Positions 24,284 to 34,245 of a DNA stretch of 64,000 nt are shown here, in pieces. This DNA comes from an uncultured Clostridia bacterium. GTDB lineage: Bacteria; Bacillota; Clostridia; TANB77; CAG-508. The stretch's first letter is position 1; every line of letters starts with the position of its first letter. A program made the translations under genes and the position numbers. Where the stretch lies: the NCBI GenBank assembly GCA_934121925.1, contig CAKOVK010000004.1:1899-65898 (forward strand). Reading direction: 5' to 3'. A model generated the notes under the pieces. The model ran no database searches. It worked only from the letters and a program-made list of their open reading frames with translations, and was not told the origin of the DNA.

Positions 24284-24299
24284 TGAAAGAGTGAACACA

Positions 24300-25070
24300 A
24301 TGAATAATAACCCAATAGGAGTATTTGACTCAGGAATAGGTGGATTATCTGTTTTAAGGCAAATTATTAAGTTATTACCAAATGAAAAATACATATATTA
24401 TGCTGATACAGATAATGTACCTTATGGATTAAAAACTAAAGAACAAATATTAGAATATGTAGAAAATGCAATAGACTTTTTGAATTCAAAAAAAGTTAAG
24501 GCAATGGTTGTAGCATGCAATACAGCTACAAGCGTGGCAATTAAAGATTTAAGAAGTGATTATAACATTCCAATAATAGGAATAGAACCAGCTATAAAGC
24601 CAGCAATAGAAAATAGAAAAAACAAAAAAGTTTTATTAATGGCAACACCGGTTACAGTAAAGGGAGAAAAGATTAGGAATTTAATAAAAAGACTAGGAGC
24701 AGAGGATATTGTAGAATTAATTGCAATGCCTAAACTTGTTGAATTTGCAGAAAGTGGTGAATTCAATACTGAAAGAGTTAAAGAGTATATAAGAGAGAAC
24801 TTAGAAAAATTTAACCTAGAAGAATATTCATATTTGGTACTTGGCTGTACACATTTTCCATATTTTAAAACAACGTTAAAAGAAATGCTTCCAGATAACA
24901 TATGTGTAATTGATGGAAGTATAGGTGTAGCAGAAAGATTAAAAGAGGTTTTGGAAGATAATAAAATTCTTGGAAATAATAATTTGGAAATTGCATTTTA
25001 TTATTCTGGAAGAAAAGTTGAAGAGAAATTAGAAATAGAAAAATTAAAAAACTTACTAAATAAAATATAA
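24300..25070 (+). CDS. murI: glutamate racemase
   Basis: VFDSGIGGLSVL, VVACNTAT and LGCTHFP motifs. Confidence 0.93.
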   Translation: MNNNPIGVFDSGIGGLSVLRQIIKLLPNEKYIYYADTDNVPYGLKTKEQILEYVENAIDFLNSKKVKAMVVACNTATSVAIKDLRSDYNIPIIGIEPAIKPAIENRKNKKVLLMATPVTVKGEKIRNLIKRLGAEDIVELIAMPKLVEFAESGEFNTERVKEYIRENLEKFNLEEYSYLVLGCTHFPYFKTTLKEMLPDNICVIDGSIGVAERLKEVLEDNKILGNNNLEIAFYYSGRKVEEKLEIEKLKNLLNKI

Positions 25071-25105
25071 TAGTTATAAATCTATAGAAGTAAAGGAGAA
25101 AATAA

Positions 25106-25651
25106 ATGACAGAAAATAATAAATATTTAGTAATATCAGATATACATGGATCAAATTATTATGCTAATAAAATAAGCAAAATATGCAAAAAAGAAAAGCC
25201 AGATAAAATAATTCTCTTAGGAGATTTATATTATCATGGACCACGAAATCCATTACCAAAAGAATATAATCCAATGAAAGTAGCAGAGCTTTTAAACAGC
25301 TTAAAAGAAAAAATACTATGTGTAAGAGGAAATTGTGATGCAGAAGTTGATGAAATGATTTCAGAGTTTGAATTTAAAGATAATATCGAATTAAATATAA
25401 ATGGAAAGAAGTTCTTATTTACGCATGGACAAAAATATAATATGGAAAATATTCCAAAAGGAATTAATGTTCTTGTATATGGGCATTTTCATACAGGATT
25501 TATAAAAGAAAAAGATGGAGTTATATGTGTAAATAGTGGTTCTATTTCGTTACCAAAAAACAATACAAAAAACAGTTATTTGATTATAGAAAATAAAAAA
25601 ATAGTATTGAAAGATGTTGAAGGAAATATTATTAGTGAAAAGGATATATAA
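25106..25651 (+). CDS. YfcE/MJ0936-family metallophosphoesterase
   Basis: ISDIHG, GDLYYHG, RGNCD, THG and GHFH motifs. SD AAGGAG. Confidence 0.85.
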   Translation: MTENNKYLVISDIHGSNYYANKISKICKKEKPDKIILLGDLYYHGPRNPLPKEYNPMKVAELLNSLKEKILCVRGNCDAEVDEMISEFEFKDNIELNINGKKFLFTHGQKYNMENIPKGINVLVYGHFHTGFIKEKDGVICVNSGSISLPKNNTKNSYLIIENKKIVLKDVEGNIISEKDI

Positions 25652-25806
25652 GAAATACAGCAATATGATGAGAAAAAATTGACAAATCTACAAATATTTT
25701 CTTCAGAAGGGACATATAAAACTTGATACTTTATGTAAATGATGATATAATATAAATCCAATTTACCTAGATACAGGGTATAATATGTATCACTACAGGA
25801 GAAATT

Positions 25807-26073
25807 ATGGTACTTACAAACACTCTTGTTCGCAAAATGACACCTCAAAGTGAAGAAATGAGAAAAATTGTAAGGGAGGGTAAAAATTATCCGGTGAGGA
25901 TAGAACTCATCGAAGAACCGGGAGAAATCTTGATTACTCTTATGATGAAAAAAGATCAAATAGAAGAGGCTGTTAAAGAGGCTGTGGAAGAAGTAATGCT
26001 TCCGGAGAAGAATTTCAAAGTCAAGGACATTGGCTATGGAAGCAACTTCATTTGGTTTACGGTGACCCCCTAA
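25807..26073 (+). CDS. hypothetical 88-aa protein with locally elevated GC and atypical codons
   Basis: Promoter TTGATA-17-TATAAT (about 25723-25751), SD AGGAG, ATG 25807. Followed by a strong terminator. Uses CCG x4, ACG, CTC and CGC, which are rare elsewhere in the window. Confidence 0.6.
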   Translation: MVLTNTLVRKMTPQSEEMRKIVREGKNYPVRIELIEEPGEILITLMMKKDQIEEAVKEAVEEVMLPEKNFKVKDIGYGSNFIWFTVTP

Positions 26074-26089
26074 GTATAATTTCAAAAGT

Positions 26090-26123
26090 CCGGCAGAAAG
26101 CTAATTTCTGCCGGTATTTTTTT
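26090..26123 (+). terminator. rho-independent terminator CCGGCAGAAA-GCTAA-TTTCTGCCGG plus T-run
   Basis: Perfect 10-bp stem followed by TATTTTTTT. Confidence 0.88.
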
Positions 26124-26223
26124 AATAAAGAACTATTGGAATTGGTTAAACTTTTGTTGAAAACGATAATTTTTTATGATATAAACAAGAATAATATAAA
26201 ATATAGAAATATAAAGAGAAAAA

Positions 26224-27399
26224 ATGAAAGAAGAAAAATTAACTAAAAGCGCAATAGGAATAATGGGATCTTTATTAATAAACAATGTTTTATATATGTT
26301 TGTAAACACATTTATGGTAGCATATTTTATTACACTTACAAATTATGATTATAAACAAATATCAATATACTATGTATTATCATTTATAGCAATATTATTA
26401 ACCTTTCTAACTTTTGGAAGAATAATAAAAAATAAAAATCAGGTTTGGGTATTTAGAAGTGGAATAATCGCATATTGCCTATATATATTAATGCTTGCTT
26501 TCTTGAAAGAAAAAATAGTTACATATTTTGCGCCATTAGGATTTTTTTATGGAATTGTGCAAGGCCTAATATGGGTGGCGGCACATACACTTGTAAACGA
26601 ATATACGCAAAATAATACAAACAAGTTCATTTCGTTTAAATCAATTATTAGTAAAATATTGAAAATATTTTTTCCTATAGTATTTGGAATATCAATAGAT
26701 TTAACATCATTTTCATATATTGCAAAAATAGTAATTTTGCTTTCTATTACACAATTTATATTTTCACTATTTATAGAAGACAAAGCAAAAACATATGATA
26801 AAAAATACAACTTAAAAGAATATATAAATTTGGTAAAAAATAATGATAAATTTAAAACAGTATATAAGCTATGCATATGTGATGGAATTGTAAATTATTT
26901 ATTAGAAACACTAATTGTAATACTAACAGTTATGACATTTAAAACAACTATAAGTCTAGGAGTAATTACAACAATCACGGCAATATGCTCAATTTTATCT
27001 GTATACATATTCCAATACAAACTAAAAAGCAATTGGAAGATATTAAAAATTTGCAATATAATGATGGTTTCTAGTGTGCTTTTACTACTAATAAATATTA
27101 GCAAGCCAACAATAATTATATACAATGTATGTACGGCAATATTTTTAGTAATATTAAGCAATACAGGTGACACAAAAAGATATGAGATAGTAAGCGAAAA
27201 TGAAATTGTTGTTAAAGATTATATAGTAGAACATCAAGTAGTATGTGAAGTAATACTAAATATTACAAGAATAATTGCTTATATCTTATTGTTTGTTATA
27301 AGTTTATTTAACAATATAGTATTATTTAAAATTCTATTACTGCTAGTAACAATAGTAATATTAATATACTCAAAATTATTGATAAAATTGAAAAAATAG
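26224..27399 (+). CDS. MFS-like multi-pass membrane transporter (paralog 1 of 3)
   Basis: 391 aa, about 12 hydrophobic segments, basic loop FGRIIKNKN after TM2. Confidence 0.6.
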   Translation: MKEEKLTKSAIGIMGSLLINNVLYMFVNTFMVAYFITLTNYDYKQISIYYVLSFIAILLTFLTFGRIIKNKNQVWVFRSGIIAYCLYILMLAFLKEKIVTYFAPLGFFYGIVQGLIWVAAHTLVNEYTQNNTNKFISFKSIISKILKIFFPIVFGISIDLTSFSYIAKIVILLSITQFIFSLFIEDKAKTYDKKYNLKEYINLVKNNDKFKTVYKLCICDGIVNYLLETLIVILTVMTFKTTISLGVITTITAICSILSVYIFQYKLKSNWKILKICNIMMVSSVLLLLINISKPTIIIYNVCTAIFLVILSNTGDTKRYEIVSENEIVVKDYIVEHQVVCEVILNITRIIAYILLFVISLFNNIVLFKILLLLVTIVILIYSKLLIKLKK

Positions 27400-27408
27400 G
27401 AGGGAAAA

Positions 27409-28356
27409 ATGTTAAAAGCATGTAGTATGTCAAAAAGCATAGACAGACAAGCTGTTAAAATCCTAAAAGAAAACGGTATAAGTATAGATGCATGGAATGG
27501 AGAAATGTATCCAAATAAAGAAGAACTAAAACAACTGTTAAAAAAATATGATATTTTAATTGTAGGAGTAGAGGAGAAGATAACAAAAGATTTGATTACA
27601 GATGTTAGAACTCCAAAAATTATAGCTTCTATGTCAATAGGGTTAGATCATATAGATAAAGAATGTTTTGAGTCTAAATTTATTGATATAGTTAATTGTC
27701 CCAATGCTAATGTTACATCAGTTGCGGAACATATTTTAGCATTAATACTAGATTCAAGTAAGAGAATACAAGAAGCCAATAGAAAGCCAAATAGAAAACA
27801 ATTAATTAGTAACCCTACAGATATAAACGGAAAAACAATAGGTTTAATAGGAGCAGGGAAGATATCTCAAAGAATGATAGATATAGCAAGAGTATTTAAC
27901 ATGAATATTTTGTGCTATACAGCACATCCCGAAAAACATAGAGATCTAATTGAAAAAGAAGTTGAATTTGTTGATTTAGATACATTATTACAAAAATCGG
28001 ATATTGTAAATGTGAGTGTACCATTAACAAAAGATACTAATAACTTAATATCAAGAGATAAAACAGAACTTTTAAAGAAAAATGCTATATTTATAAACAC
28101 TTCTAGAGCAGGAATTACTGATATAGAAGCTTTAGTTGATTTTGCCGATAGGAATCCCAATTTTTATCTAGGATTAGACATAGATACAGGTGAATATGTG
28201 GATTTATTATCTAAAAAAAGAAACAATGTTATTGTTACACCACATATAGCAGGATGTACAGAGGAAGCTGTAAAAAGACAATACGTAGAGTGTGCTAAAA
28301 ACATAGTTAATGTTTTGAGAAAAAGAAAAGAAGAAAAAGATTTGGAAGAAAGATAG
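27409..28356 (+). CDS. D-isomer-specific 2-hydroxyacid dehydrogenase family (PGDH-like), NAD-binding
   Basis: GLIGAGKISQRM (GxGxxG), the R/E/H catalytic set, HIAGCTEEA. Confidence 0.8.
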   Translation: MLKACSMSKSIDRQAVKILKENGISIDAWNGEMYPNKEELKQLLKKYDILIVGVEEKITKDLITDVRTPKIIASMSIGLDHIDKECFESKFIDIVNCPNANVTSVAEHILALILDSSKRIQEANRKPNRKQLISNPTDINGKTIGLIGAGKISQRMIDIARVFNMNILCYTAHPEKHRDLIEKEVEFVDLDTLLQKSDIVNVSVPLTKDTNNLISRDKTELLKKNAIFINTSRAGITDIEALVDFADRNPNFYLGLDIDTGEYVDLLSKKRNNVIVTPHIAGCTEEAVKRQYVECAKNIVNVLRKRKEEKDLEER

Positions 28357-28365
28357 GAGCATTAA

Positions 28366-29622
28366 ATGGAACAAACTAATGTCTGGAAAATTTTTTTAAT
28401 GTCAGATCTAGCCGGAAAAGTTATAAGTGTATTTAAAGACGTGTTTTTAGGAATATATTTTTTAAAGATAACGCAAGGAAACATAGCTAATGTATCAGAA
28501 TACTACATTACATTCTTTTTAGTATATTTGGTATGCTTGTTACTTGTTAATAAATTGCAGAAACTCAATTTAGTTTCAATGTTTAGAATAGGGATATTTT
28601 TAAATTTAATTCAATGTATAGTTTTGCTTGTGATGGGAGAAAGAATTTCAAACTATATTATTCCATTTGCGATATTTGCAAGTATAGGAAATGCATTTTA
28701 TTATTACCCCGAACAAATATTAATAAAAAGAGTTAATAAAGATGAGAATTTTAGAAAATATATCACTAGAGATCAAATATTAAAATATACAATAAATATC
28801 GTACTCCCTATAGTATTGGGCTATTGTATTAGTAAAAGTTCATATCAATTAGCTTTTATTATATTAATAATACTAATTTCTATAAGTCTAATTTCTTCAA
28901 TGTTCATAAAAGAAATTCAACTAGAACATGGAAAAATAAATATAAAGAAATTCTTAAAGAATATTAATGGAAGTCAAAATAAAAAAATGATGAGATTAAT
29001 GAGTTGGAGAACAATATTTAGAGGATTGAGTTCTTTTGGAGTATTATCAACATTAATCTCAATTATAACTTTTTTAGTTGTGACAACAGAATTATCACTA
29101 GGAAGCATTAGCAGTTTTATAACTATTATTTCTATTATAGTAGTATATTTAACTAACAAATTTGTTAGAAAAGAAAAATTGTCTAAATTGTTTATACCAA
29201 TGTCTATTTTTCAAAGCATTGTAGTTATAGTACTTACATTTAGTATGATGTATTTTAATATAAACAATGAAATCAGGATTGGAACACTTACAGTAAGCAT
29301 AGGCTTTTTGCTTATATTATTATACAATATAGTCAACGGAGTAAGTAATCCAATATTTGAAACATCAAACTCAATTATATATTATGAGTGTATGTGTAAG
29401 CAAAATATTAAAACAGAAGACGAACCAAATTATGTATTTTGGTTTGAAATTATGATAAATATATCAAGAAGTTTTGGATATTTAATTTTAATATTTGTTT
29501 TAAAAATTGGATTTGATTTAAATATAATTTCAATTTTAATAGTAGGGTTTACCTTAATGTATATAGCCTTTGCTTATACATTGAATACTATATGTAAAAG
29601 ATATTTGTACAATGCAAAATAA
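28366..29622 (+). CDS. MFS-like multi-pass membrane transporter (paralog 2 of 3)
   Basis: 418 aa, about 12 hydrophobic segments. Same architecture as 26224 and 32321, but highly diverged. Confidence 0.55.
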   Translation: MEQTNVWKIFLMSDLAGKVISVFKDVFLGIYFLKITQGNIANVSEYYITFFLVYLVCLLLVNKLQKLNLVSMFRIGIFLNLIQCIVLLVMGERISNYIIPFAIFASIGNAFYYYPEQILIKRVNKDENFRKYITRDQILKYTINIVLPIVLGYCISKSSYQLAFIILIILISISLISSMFIKEIQLEHGKINIKKFLKNINGSQNKKMMRLMSWRTIFRGLSSFGVLSTLISIITFLVVTTELSLGSISSFITIISIIVVYLTNKFVRKEKLSKLFIPMSIFQSIVVIVLTFSMMYFNINNEIRIGTLTVSIGFLLILLYNIVNGVSNPIFETSNSIIYYECMCKQNIKTEDEPNYVFWFEIMINISRSFGYLILIFVLKIGFDLNIISILIVGFTLMYIAFAYTLNTICKRYLYNAK

Positions 29623-29696
29623 TTACTATATAAATATAGTAATTATGCAATAATAAAAAGAAATAATGATATGTAATATAGGAGTGATTCATAAAG

Positions 29697-31130
29697 ATGA
29701 AATTAGGAATTGATATAGATAATGTTATTTCAAATTTTGACGAAGAATTATTAAAAGCATTTTTAATACATAACGACGAGTTGGGATACAATGGAGAATA
29801 TAACAAAGATGCAGAATATATAACTAGAGGAATGTTTAATTGGGGAGAGGACAAAGTAAAAAAGTTCTATGTTGATAATATAGAAAAAATTGCTAAAAAT
29901 CTAAAAGTTAAAGAAAAAGCAAAAGAGTACATAGATAAGCTAAAAGAAGATGGACATATTATCTGCATTATTACTGGAAGAGACAATGGAGAATATTCTG
30001 ATCCATATAATATGACTAAAGAATGGTTAGACAATAATTCTATTCATTATGACAGACTTATTTTAACTAATGCTTATAAAAATGATAAAAGCGGAAAAAC
30101 AAAAAAATGCAAAGAAAATAACATTGATATTATGATTGACGATTCAGCCAATATATGCCAAGAATGCATTAATAACAATATACCAGCATTACTAATGGAC
30201 ACACACTATAATAAGCAAACAAACATACCTAGAGTGCATGATTGGAAAGAATTATATGAATTCATTAGCAACTATAAAACTAAAAAAATAAATGTAATAT
30301 TAGATACCGATACTTATAACGAATGTGATGATCAATTTGCGCTTTCATATATGATTAAAAGCCAAGATATATTTAATATTGAAGCAATAACAGTTGCACC
30401 ATATTCTCATAAAGAAAGAAATGAAACTGTTATAAGCGGAAGAGAAAAAAGTTATAACGAAATATTAAAAATATGTAATTGGCTAAACTTTGATACAACA
30501 AGTAAAGTATTTAAAGGCGCAGAAGATTATATTAGTAATGGCTATAATAAAACCAATGATGCAGTTAATAAAATAATTGAAATAGCACTAAAAAACGATA
30601 AAACATATATAATGGCAATAGGAGCAATTACTAATATTGCACTTGCCATTGAAAAAGAACCTAAAATAATTGAAAGAATAGAAGTAATATGGCTAGGCGG
30701 GCATAGTTTATTACAAGACAATAACCAGGAATTTAACTTTAAGCAAGATGTAAGTGCAGTAAAAATTGTGTTTGGGTCAAAAGTAAAACTAACAGTAATT
30801 CCATGTAAAAATGTTGCATCTAATTTAAGAACTTCAATATATGAATTAAACCATTACTTAAAAGATAAAAGCAAATTATGCAATTATTTAATAGATAGAT
30901 TTTATAATGATGGATATCATGGAATACAAGAAAGAAGAGTTATTTGGGATATTTCGGTTATAGCATATATGATAAACAAAAGTTGGTTTACTACCCAAAA
31001 TATAAGTTGCCCTAATATAAAAGACGATACATCTTATGAATTGACTACGAATGAGCACAAAATAACAATGGTAAACTACATAAATGTTAATAAAGTATAT
31101 GAAGATTTATTTAGAAAATTAGGAGAATAA
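29697..31130 (+). CDS. fusion protein: 5'(3')-deoxyribonucleotidase-like HAD (NT5C) domain plus inosine-uridine-preferring nucleoside hydrolase (IUNH) domain
   Basis: N-terminal GIDIDNVIS (DxDxV), IITGRD, MIDDS. C-terminal ILDTDTYNECDDQFAL (DxDxxxDD), the IUNH signature. Confidence 0.75.
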   Translation: MKLGIDIDNVISNFDEELLKAFLIHNDELGYNGEYNKDAEYITRGMFNWGEDKVKKFYVDNIEKIAKNLKVKEKAKEYIDKLKEDGHIICIITGRDNGEYSDPYNMTKEWLDNNSIHYDRLILTNAYKNDKSGKTKKCKENNIDIMIDDSANICQECINNNIPALLMDTHYNKQTNIPRVHDWKELYEFISNYKTKKINVILDTDTYNECDDQFALSYMIKSQDIFNIEAITVAPYSHKERNETVISGREKSYNEILKICNWLNFDTTSKVFKGAEDYISNGYNKTNDAVNKIIEIALKNDKTYIMAIGAITNIALAIEKEPKIIERIEVIWLGGHSLLQDNNQEFNFKQDVSAVKIVFGSKVKLTVIPCKNVASNLRTSIYELNHYLKDKSKLCNYLIDRFYNDGYHGIQERRVIWDISVIAYMINKSWFTTQNISCPNIKDDTSYELTTNEHKITMVNYINVNKVYEDLFRKLGE

Positions 31131-31133
31131 GAT

Positions 31134-31664
31134 ATGAAAATATATTTAGTAAGACATGGACAAGTTCCACATAATGCAACTAAGCAATATAATGTTGGAG
31201 ATGAAGACTTAACAGAGGTGGGAGTGGAGCAAGCTAAAGAATTAAGAGAAAAAATAAAAAATATCAAATTTGATAAAGTTTTTTCATCACCTTTAACAAG
31301 AGCAAAACATACTGCAGAAATCATTGTTGCCAACAAATATGAATTTATAATTGACAACAGAATTAAAGAAAGAAGTTGCGGAGATTTAAGCGGAAAACTA
31401 CTTACTGAAACAAACAGAGAAGAATATTGGAACTATTATACTACTATTCAACAAGGAACAAGTGAAAACATTCGAGATTTCTTTAAAAGAGTTTATAATT
31501 TTTTAGATGAACTAAAAACTAAAGATTATAAAAATATTTTAGTAGTTGCGCATAGTGGAGTTTCAAAAGCATTTAATGGATACTTTGAAGGAATACAAGA
31601 TGGTAAATTCTTAAATAGAGGATTAAAGAATTGTGAAATTAGAGAATATGAATTGCATTTATAA
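31134..31664 (+). CDS. histidine phosphatase (phosphoglycerate-mutase superfamily)
   Basis: LVRHGQ...HN catalytic RHG motif, SPLTRA, VVAHSG. Confidence 0.82.
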   Translation: MKIYLVRHGQVPHNATKQYNVGDEDLTEVGVEQAKELREKIKNIKFDKVFSSPLTRAKHTAEIIVANKYEFIIDNRIKERSCGDLSGKLLTETNREEYWNYYTTIQQGTSENIRDFFKRVYNFLDELKTKDYKNILVVAHSGVSKAFNGYFEGIQDGKFLNRGLKNCEIREYELHL

Positions 31665-31758
31665 AGTATTGTAGAAACTGCTATGAATTTAGTATCTTGT
31701 TGTACTCATAGGCTTTTAAAGAAACAGAAAAAATTCGATAACAGAAGGAGTGAACATA

Positions 31759-32199
31759 ATGATCACTATAAAGAATGATAATAATATGGAAATGAAAGAT
31801 ATAATTCATACAAAATTAAGGAAAAACAATAGAGAAAAGTGCGAATGGTTAAAGGATAATACATCAGCAGATATAAAAATATCTGATATGAAAAGCAACA
31901 ATTTTTTGGCTTTTGATGACAATAAATTAATAGGTGGTGCAATTGGCTTTGTGCAATATAATTGGTACTTTCTAGATTTGTTATATGTAGATAAAGAATA
32001 TAGAGGACAAAGGGTTGGAACAAATTTGCTAAACCAAATAGAAAAGTTTGCTAAAAAAGAAAATTTAACAGGAATTAGAATGGAAACATGGAATTTTCAG
32101 GCAAGAGAGTTCTATGAAAAGAACGGATATATAGTATTTGCCGAAATAAAAGACTGTCCCCCTCAAACAACTTGTTATTTTTTAAAGAAAGAATGTTAG
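31759..32199 (+). CDS. GNAT N-acetyltransferase
   Basis: ATG 31759 after AAGGAG. LYVDKEYRGQRVGTNLL acetyl-CoA-binding core. Confidence 0.8.
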   Translation: MITIKNDNNMEMKDIIHTKLRKNNREKCEWLKDNTSADIKISDMKSNNFLAFDDNKLIGGAIGFVQYNWYFLDLLYVDKEYRGQRVGTNLLNQIEKFAKKENLTGIRMETWNFQAREFYEKNGYIVFAEIKDCPPQTTCYFLKKEC

Positions 32200-32320
32200 T
32201 TAAAAAATAAGGTACTTTAAATTTTTGTATCACTATGTTAGAATGTTTGTAAAAAGTAGAAATATATTTATAAAACAAAGAAAAGCTTCATTTTAATAAA
32301 GAGAGGATTATAACGTAATA

Positions 32321-33529
32321 ATGAACGAAGTAGAATATAACCAAAAGGTAGAATTAAGTAACAAAATATACCCAATATTTTCAGGAATTTCTGGTGATCT
32401 ATTGTTTTGGATTGCTATTGACACTATATTCCTAACTGTAGTTAAAGGTTTTAATGCTGCACAGATTAGTTCGCTTAGTACTATTGGAAATTTAATAACA
32501 ATATTAATATATCCAATTGCTTTTAAAATAATTAAGAAAATCGGAAACATTAGATCAATAAAACTAGGAACTGTATTATTACTGTGTTCCGCTATATTAC
32601 TTACATTTGCCAATAAATATCTTATTATATTGCTTGGACATATTTTATATGATTCAGCCTTCCTCTTTAAAAATATGGATAATGTAGTATTAAGAAAAAA
32701 TCTAAAGTATGCAAATAAAGAAAAAGATTATATTAAAATACAAAACAAATCTAGTTTTATATATTCTCTTATAACTATGTTAATAGCTTTTACAGTAGGA
32801 TTTTTATTTAATGTTAACAATTATTTACCTATGATATTATGCATATCTTTCTGTATTTTAAGTGTAATCTTATCTAACTTTTTATACGAATACAAAAATA
32901 ATAAAAATGATGAATTTAAAGAAAAACAAAAATTATCAATAACTAAACTAATTTTTTTAATACTATTATTATATGCAAGCCTTTATGCGGCAATTGATTT
33001 AGGTCAATCAAATAGTAAATTACTTATACAATACAAATTATCATCTTTTTTAGAAACTAGTAAAGTATCTATATATTTATCAGTCACAATTGCAATCTCA
33101 AGAGTGGTGAGAGTAGTAAGCGATTACTTTTTTACAAAAAAAATTAAAGGTGAAAATAAGCAAGTGTTATATATAATTGGATACACATTAGCCGGAGCTT
33201 TTATTTCTATTATACTTGGAACTATGTTAAAGCTTGAAATAATTGGAATAGTTTTAATGACACTTGGATTCTTTGTATTTCTTGGTGTACGCGACTTGTT
33301 CGCAAACTACATGAAAACATTGCTATTAAATAGTTGTAGTGAAAAATATCATGAACAAGCTATAACTTATTTAACATTATCAAGAAAAGTTGGTAAATTT
33401 TTAATTGGAGGAGCTATTACATTAATTCTATTAAGATTTGATCTTATATATGTAATGATATTTTTACTTATAATTTCAATTTTAAATATTCTAATAATTA
33501 AAAAAATATGCGACCTGCTAAAAAAATAA
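32321..33529 (+). CDS. MFS-like multi-pass membrane transporter (paralog 3 of 3)
   Basis: 402 aa, about 12 hydrophobic segments, loop FKIIKKIGNIRS after TM2. Confidence 0.6.
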   Translation: MNEVEYNQKVELSNKIYPIFSGISGDLLFWIAIDTIFLTVVKGFNAAQISSLSTIGNLITILIYPIAFKIIKKIGNIRSIKLGTVLLLCSAILLTFANKYLIILLGHILYDSAFLFKNMDNVVLRKNLKYANKEKDYIKIQNKSSFIYSLITMLIAFTVGFLFNVNNYLPMILCISFCILSVILSNFLYEYKNNKNDEFKEKQKLSITKLIFLILLLYASLYAAIDLGQSNSKLLIQYKLSSFLETSKVSIYLSVTIAISRVVRVVSDYFFTKKIKGENKQVLYIIGYTLAGAFISIILGTMLKLEIIGIVLMTLGFFVFLGVRDLFANYMKTLLLNSCSEKYHEQAITYLTLSRKVGKFLIGGAITLILLRFDLIYVMIFLLIISILNILIIKKICDLLKK

Positions 33530-33612
33530 GGAGGAACAATAAATGAAAGCAGAAAGATTAAAACCAGGAGATAGAAGAAAGTAAATAATAACAAACAATA
33601 TTGGAGGCAAAT

Positions 33613-34164
33613 ATGAAGGTTATATTTTTAGATTTTGATGGAGTTATAAATAATTGGGCAAGTCAAGATGAAGTTGACAAACTAAATGTTAAAATACTAA
33701 AAGATATTATAGATGCATCTGGAGCAAAAATTATTGCTATAACATCAAATAAATATCCATTTCAATTAAAAAAGGAAAAAAGTATGTTAAAAACTCGATT
33801 TGGAAGAGATTTATTGCAATTGAAAAGATTAGGAGTTAGTGTTGATGGGGTAACACCATTAGTAAAATGCAACAGAGCATTGGAGATAATAGAGTACTTG
33901 AATGCAAATAAGGATGTCCAAAATTACGTTATATTAGATGATGAAGTAATTGAAAATGAACAACTTATAGAACATCAAGTTTACCTAGATTTGTATAAAG
34001 GCTTACAAGAAGAACACAAAAAGCCGGCGTTAGACATATTAAATGGAAGGTTAGGATTTTACCCAAAAGATTATAATAGAAATGAAACAAGCGAGGATAG
34101 AATAAGAAGAATTAATGAATACTATAATAGCGAAAAAAATGCAACTGATGAAAAATGCCATTAA
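33613..34164 (+). CDS. HAD-like phosphatase domain protein (HAD_SAK-type, FLDFDGVIN)
   Basis: ATG 33613 after GGAGG. DxDG motif I at the N-terminus and VILDD near residue 110. Confidence 0.6.
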   Translation: MKVIFLDFDGVINNWASQDEVDKLNVKILKDIIDASGAKIIAITSNKYPFQLKKEKSMLKTRFGRDLLQLKRLGVSVDGVTPLVKCNRALEIIEYLNANKDVQNYVILDDEVIENEQLIEHQVYLDLYKGLQEEHKKPALDILNGRLGFYPKDYNRNETSEDRIRRINEYYNSEKNATDEKCH

Positions 34165-34188
34165 AATATGGCTTTTTTCATTGCTACG

Positions 34189-34245
34189 TTTTTCCAAAAC
34201 TTGTCGAAAAATAATAGTTTTGGAAAAATATTTCCAAAACTTGAC
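34189..34245. repeat. 13-bp perfect inverted repeat plus third direct copy (operator-like)
   Basis: TTTTTCCAAAACT (34189-34201) and AGTTTTGGAAAAA (34217-34229) are exact reverse complements. TTTCCAAAACTTG recurs at 34231-34243 (= 34191-34203). Confidence 0.6.

Noticed and set aside
26052-26246. 64-aa + strand ORF spanning the gap between the 88-aa gene and the first MFS gene.
   Set aside because: It runs straight through the CCGGCAGAAA/TTTCTGCCGG terminator, has no SD, and has a low-complexity Lys/Asn-rich translation.
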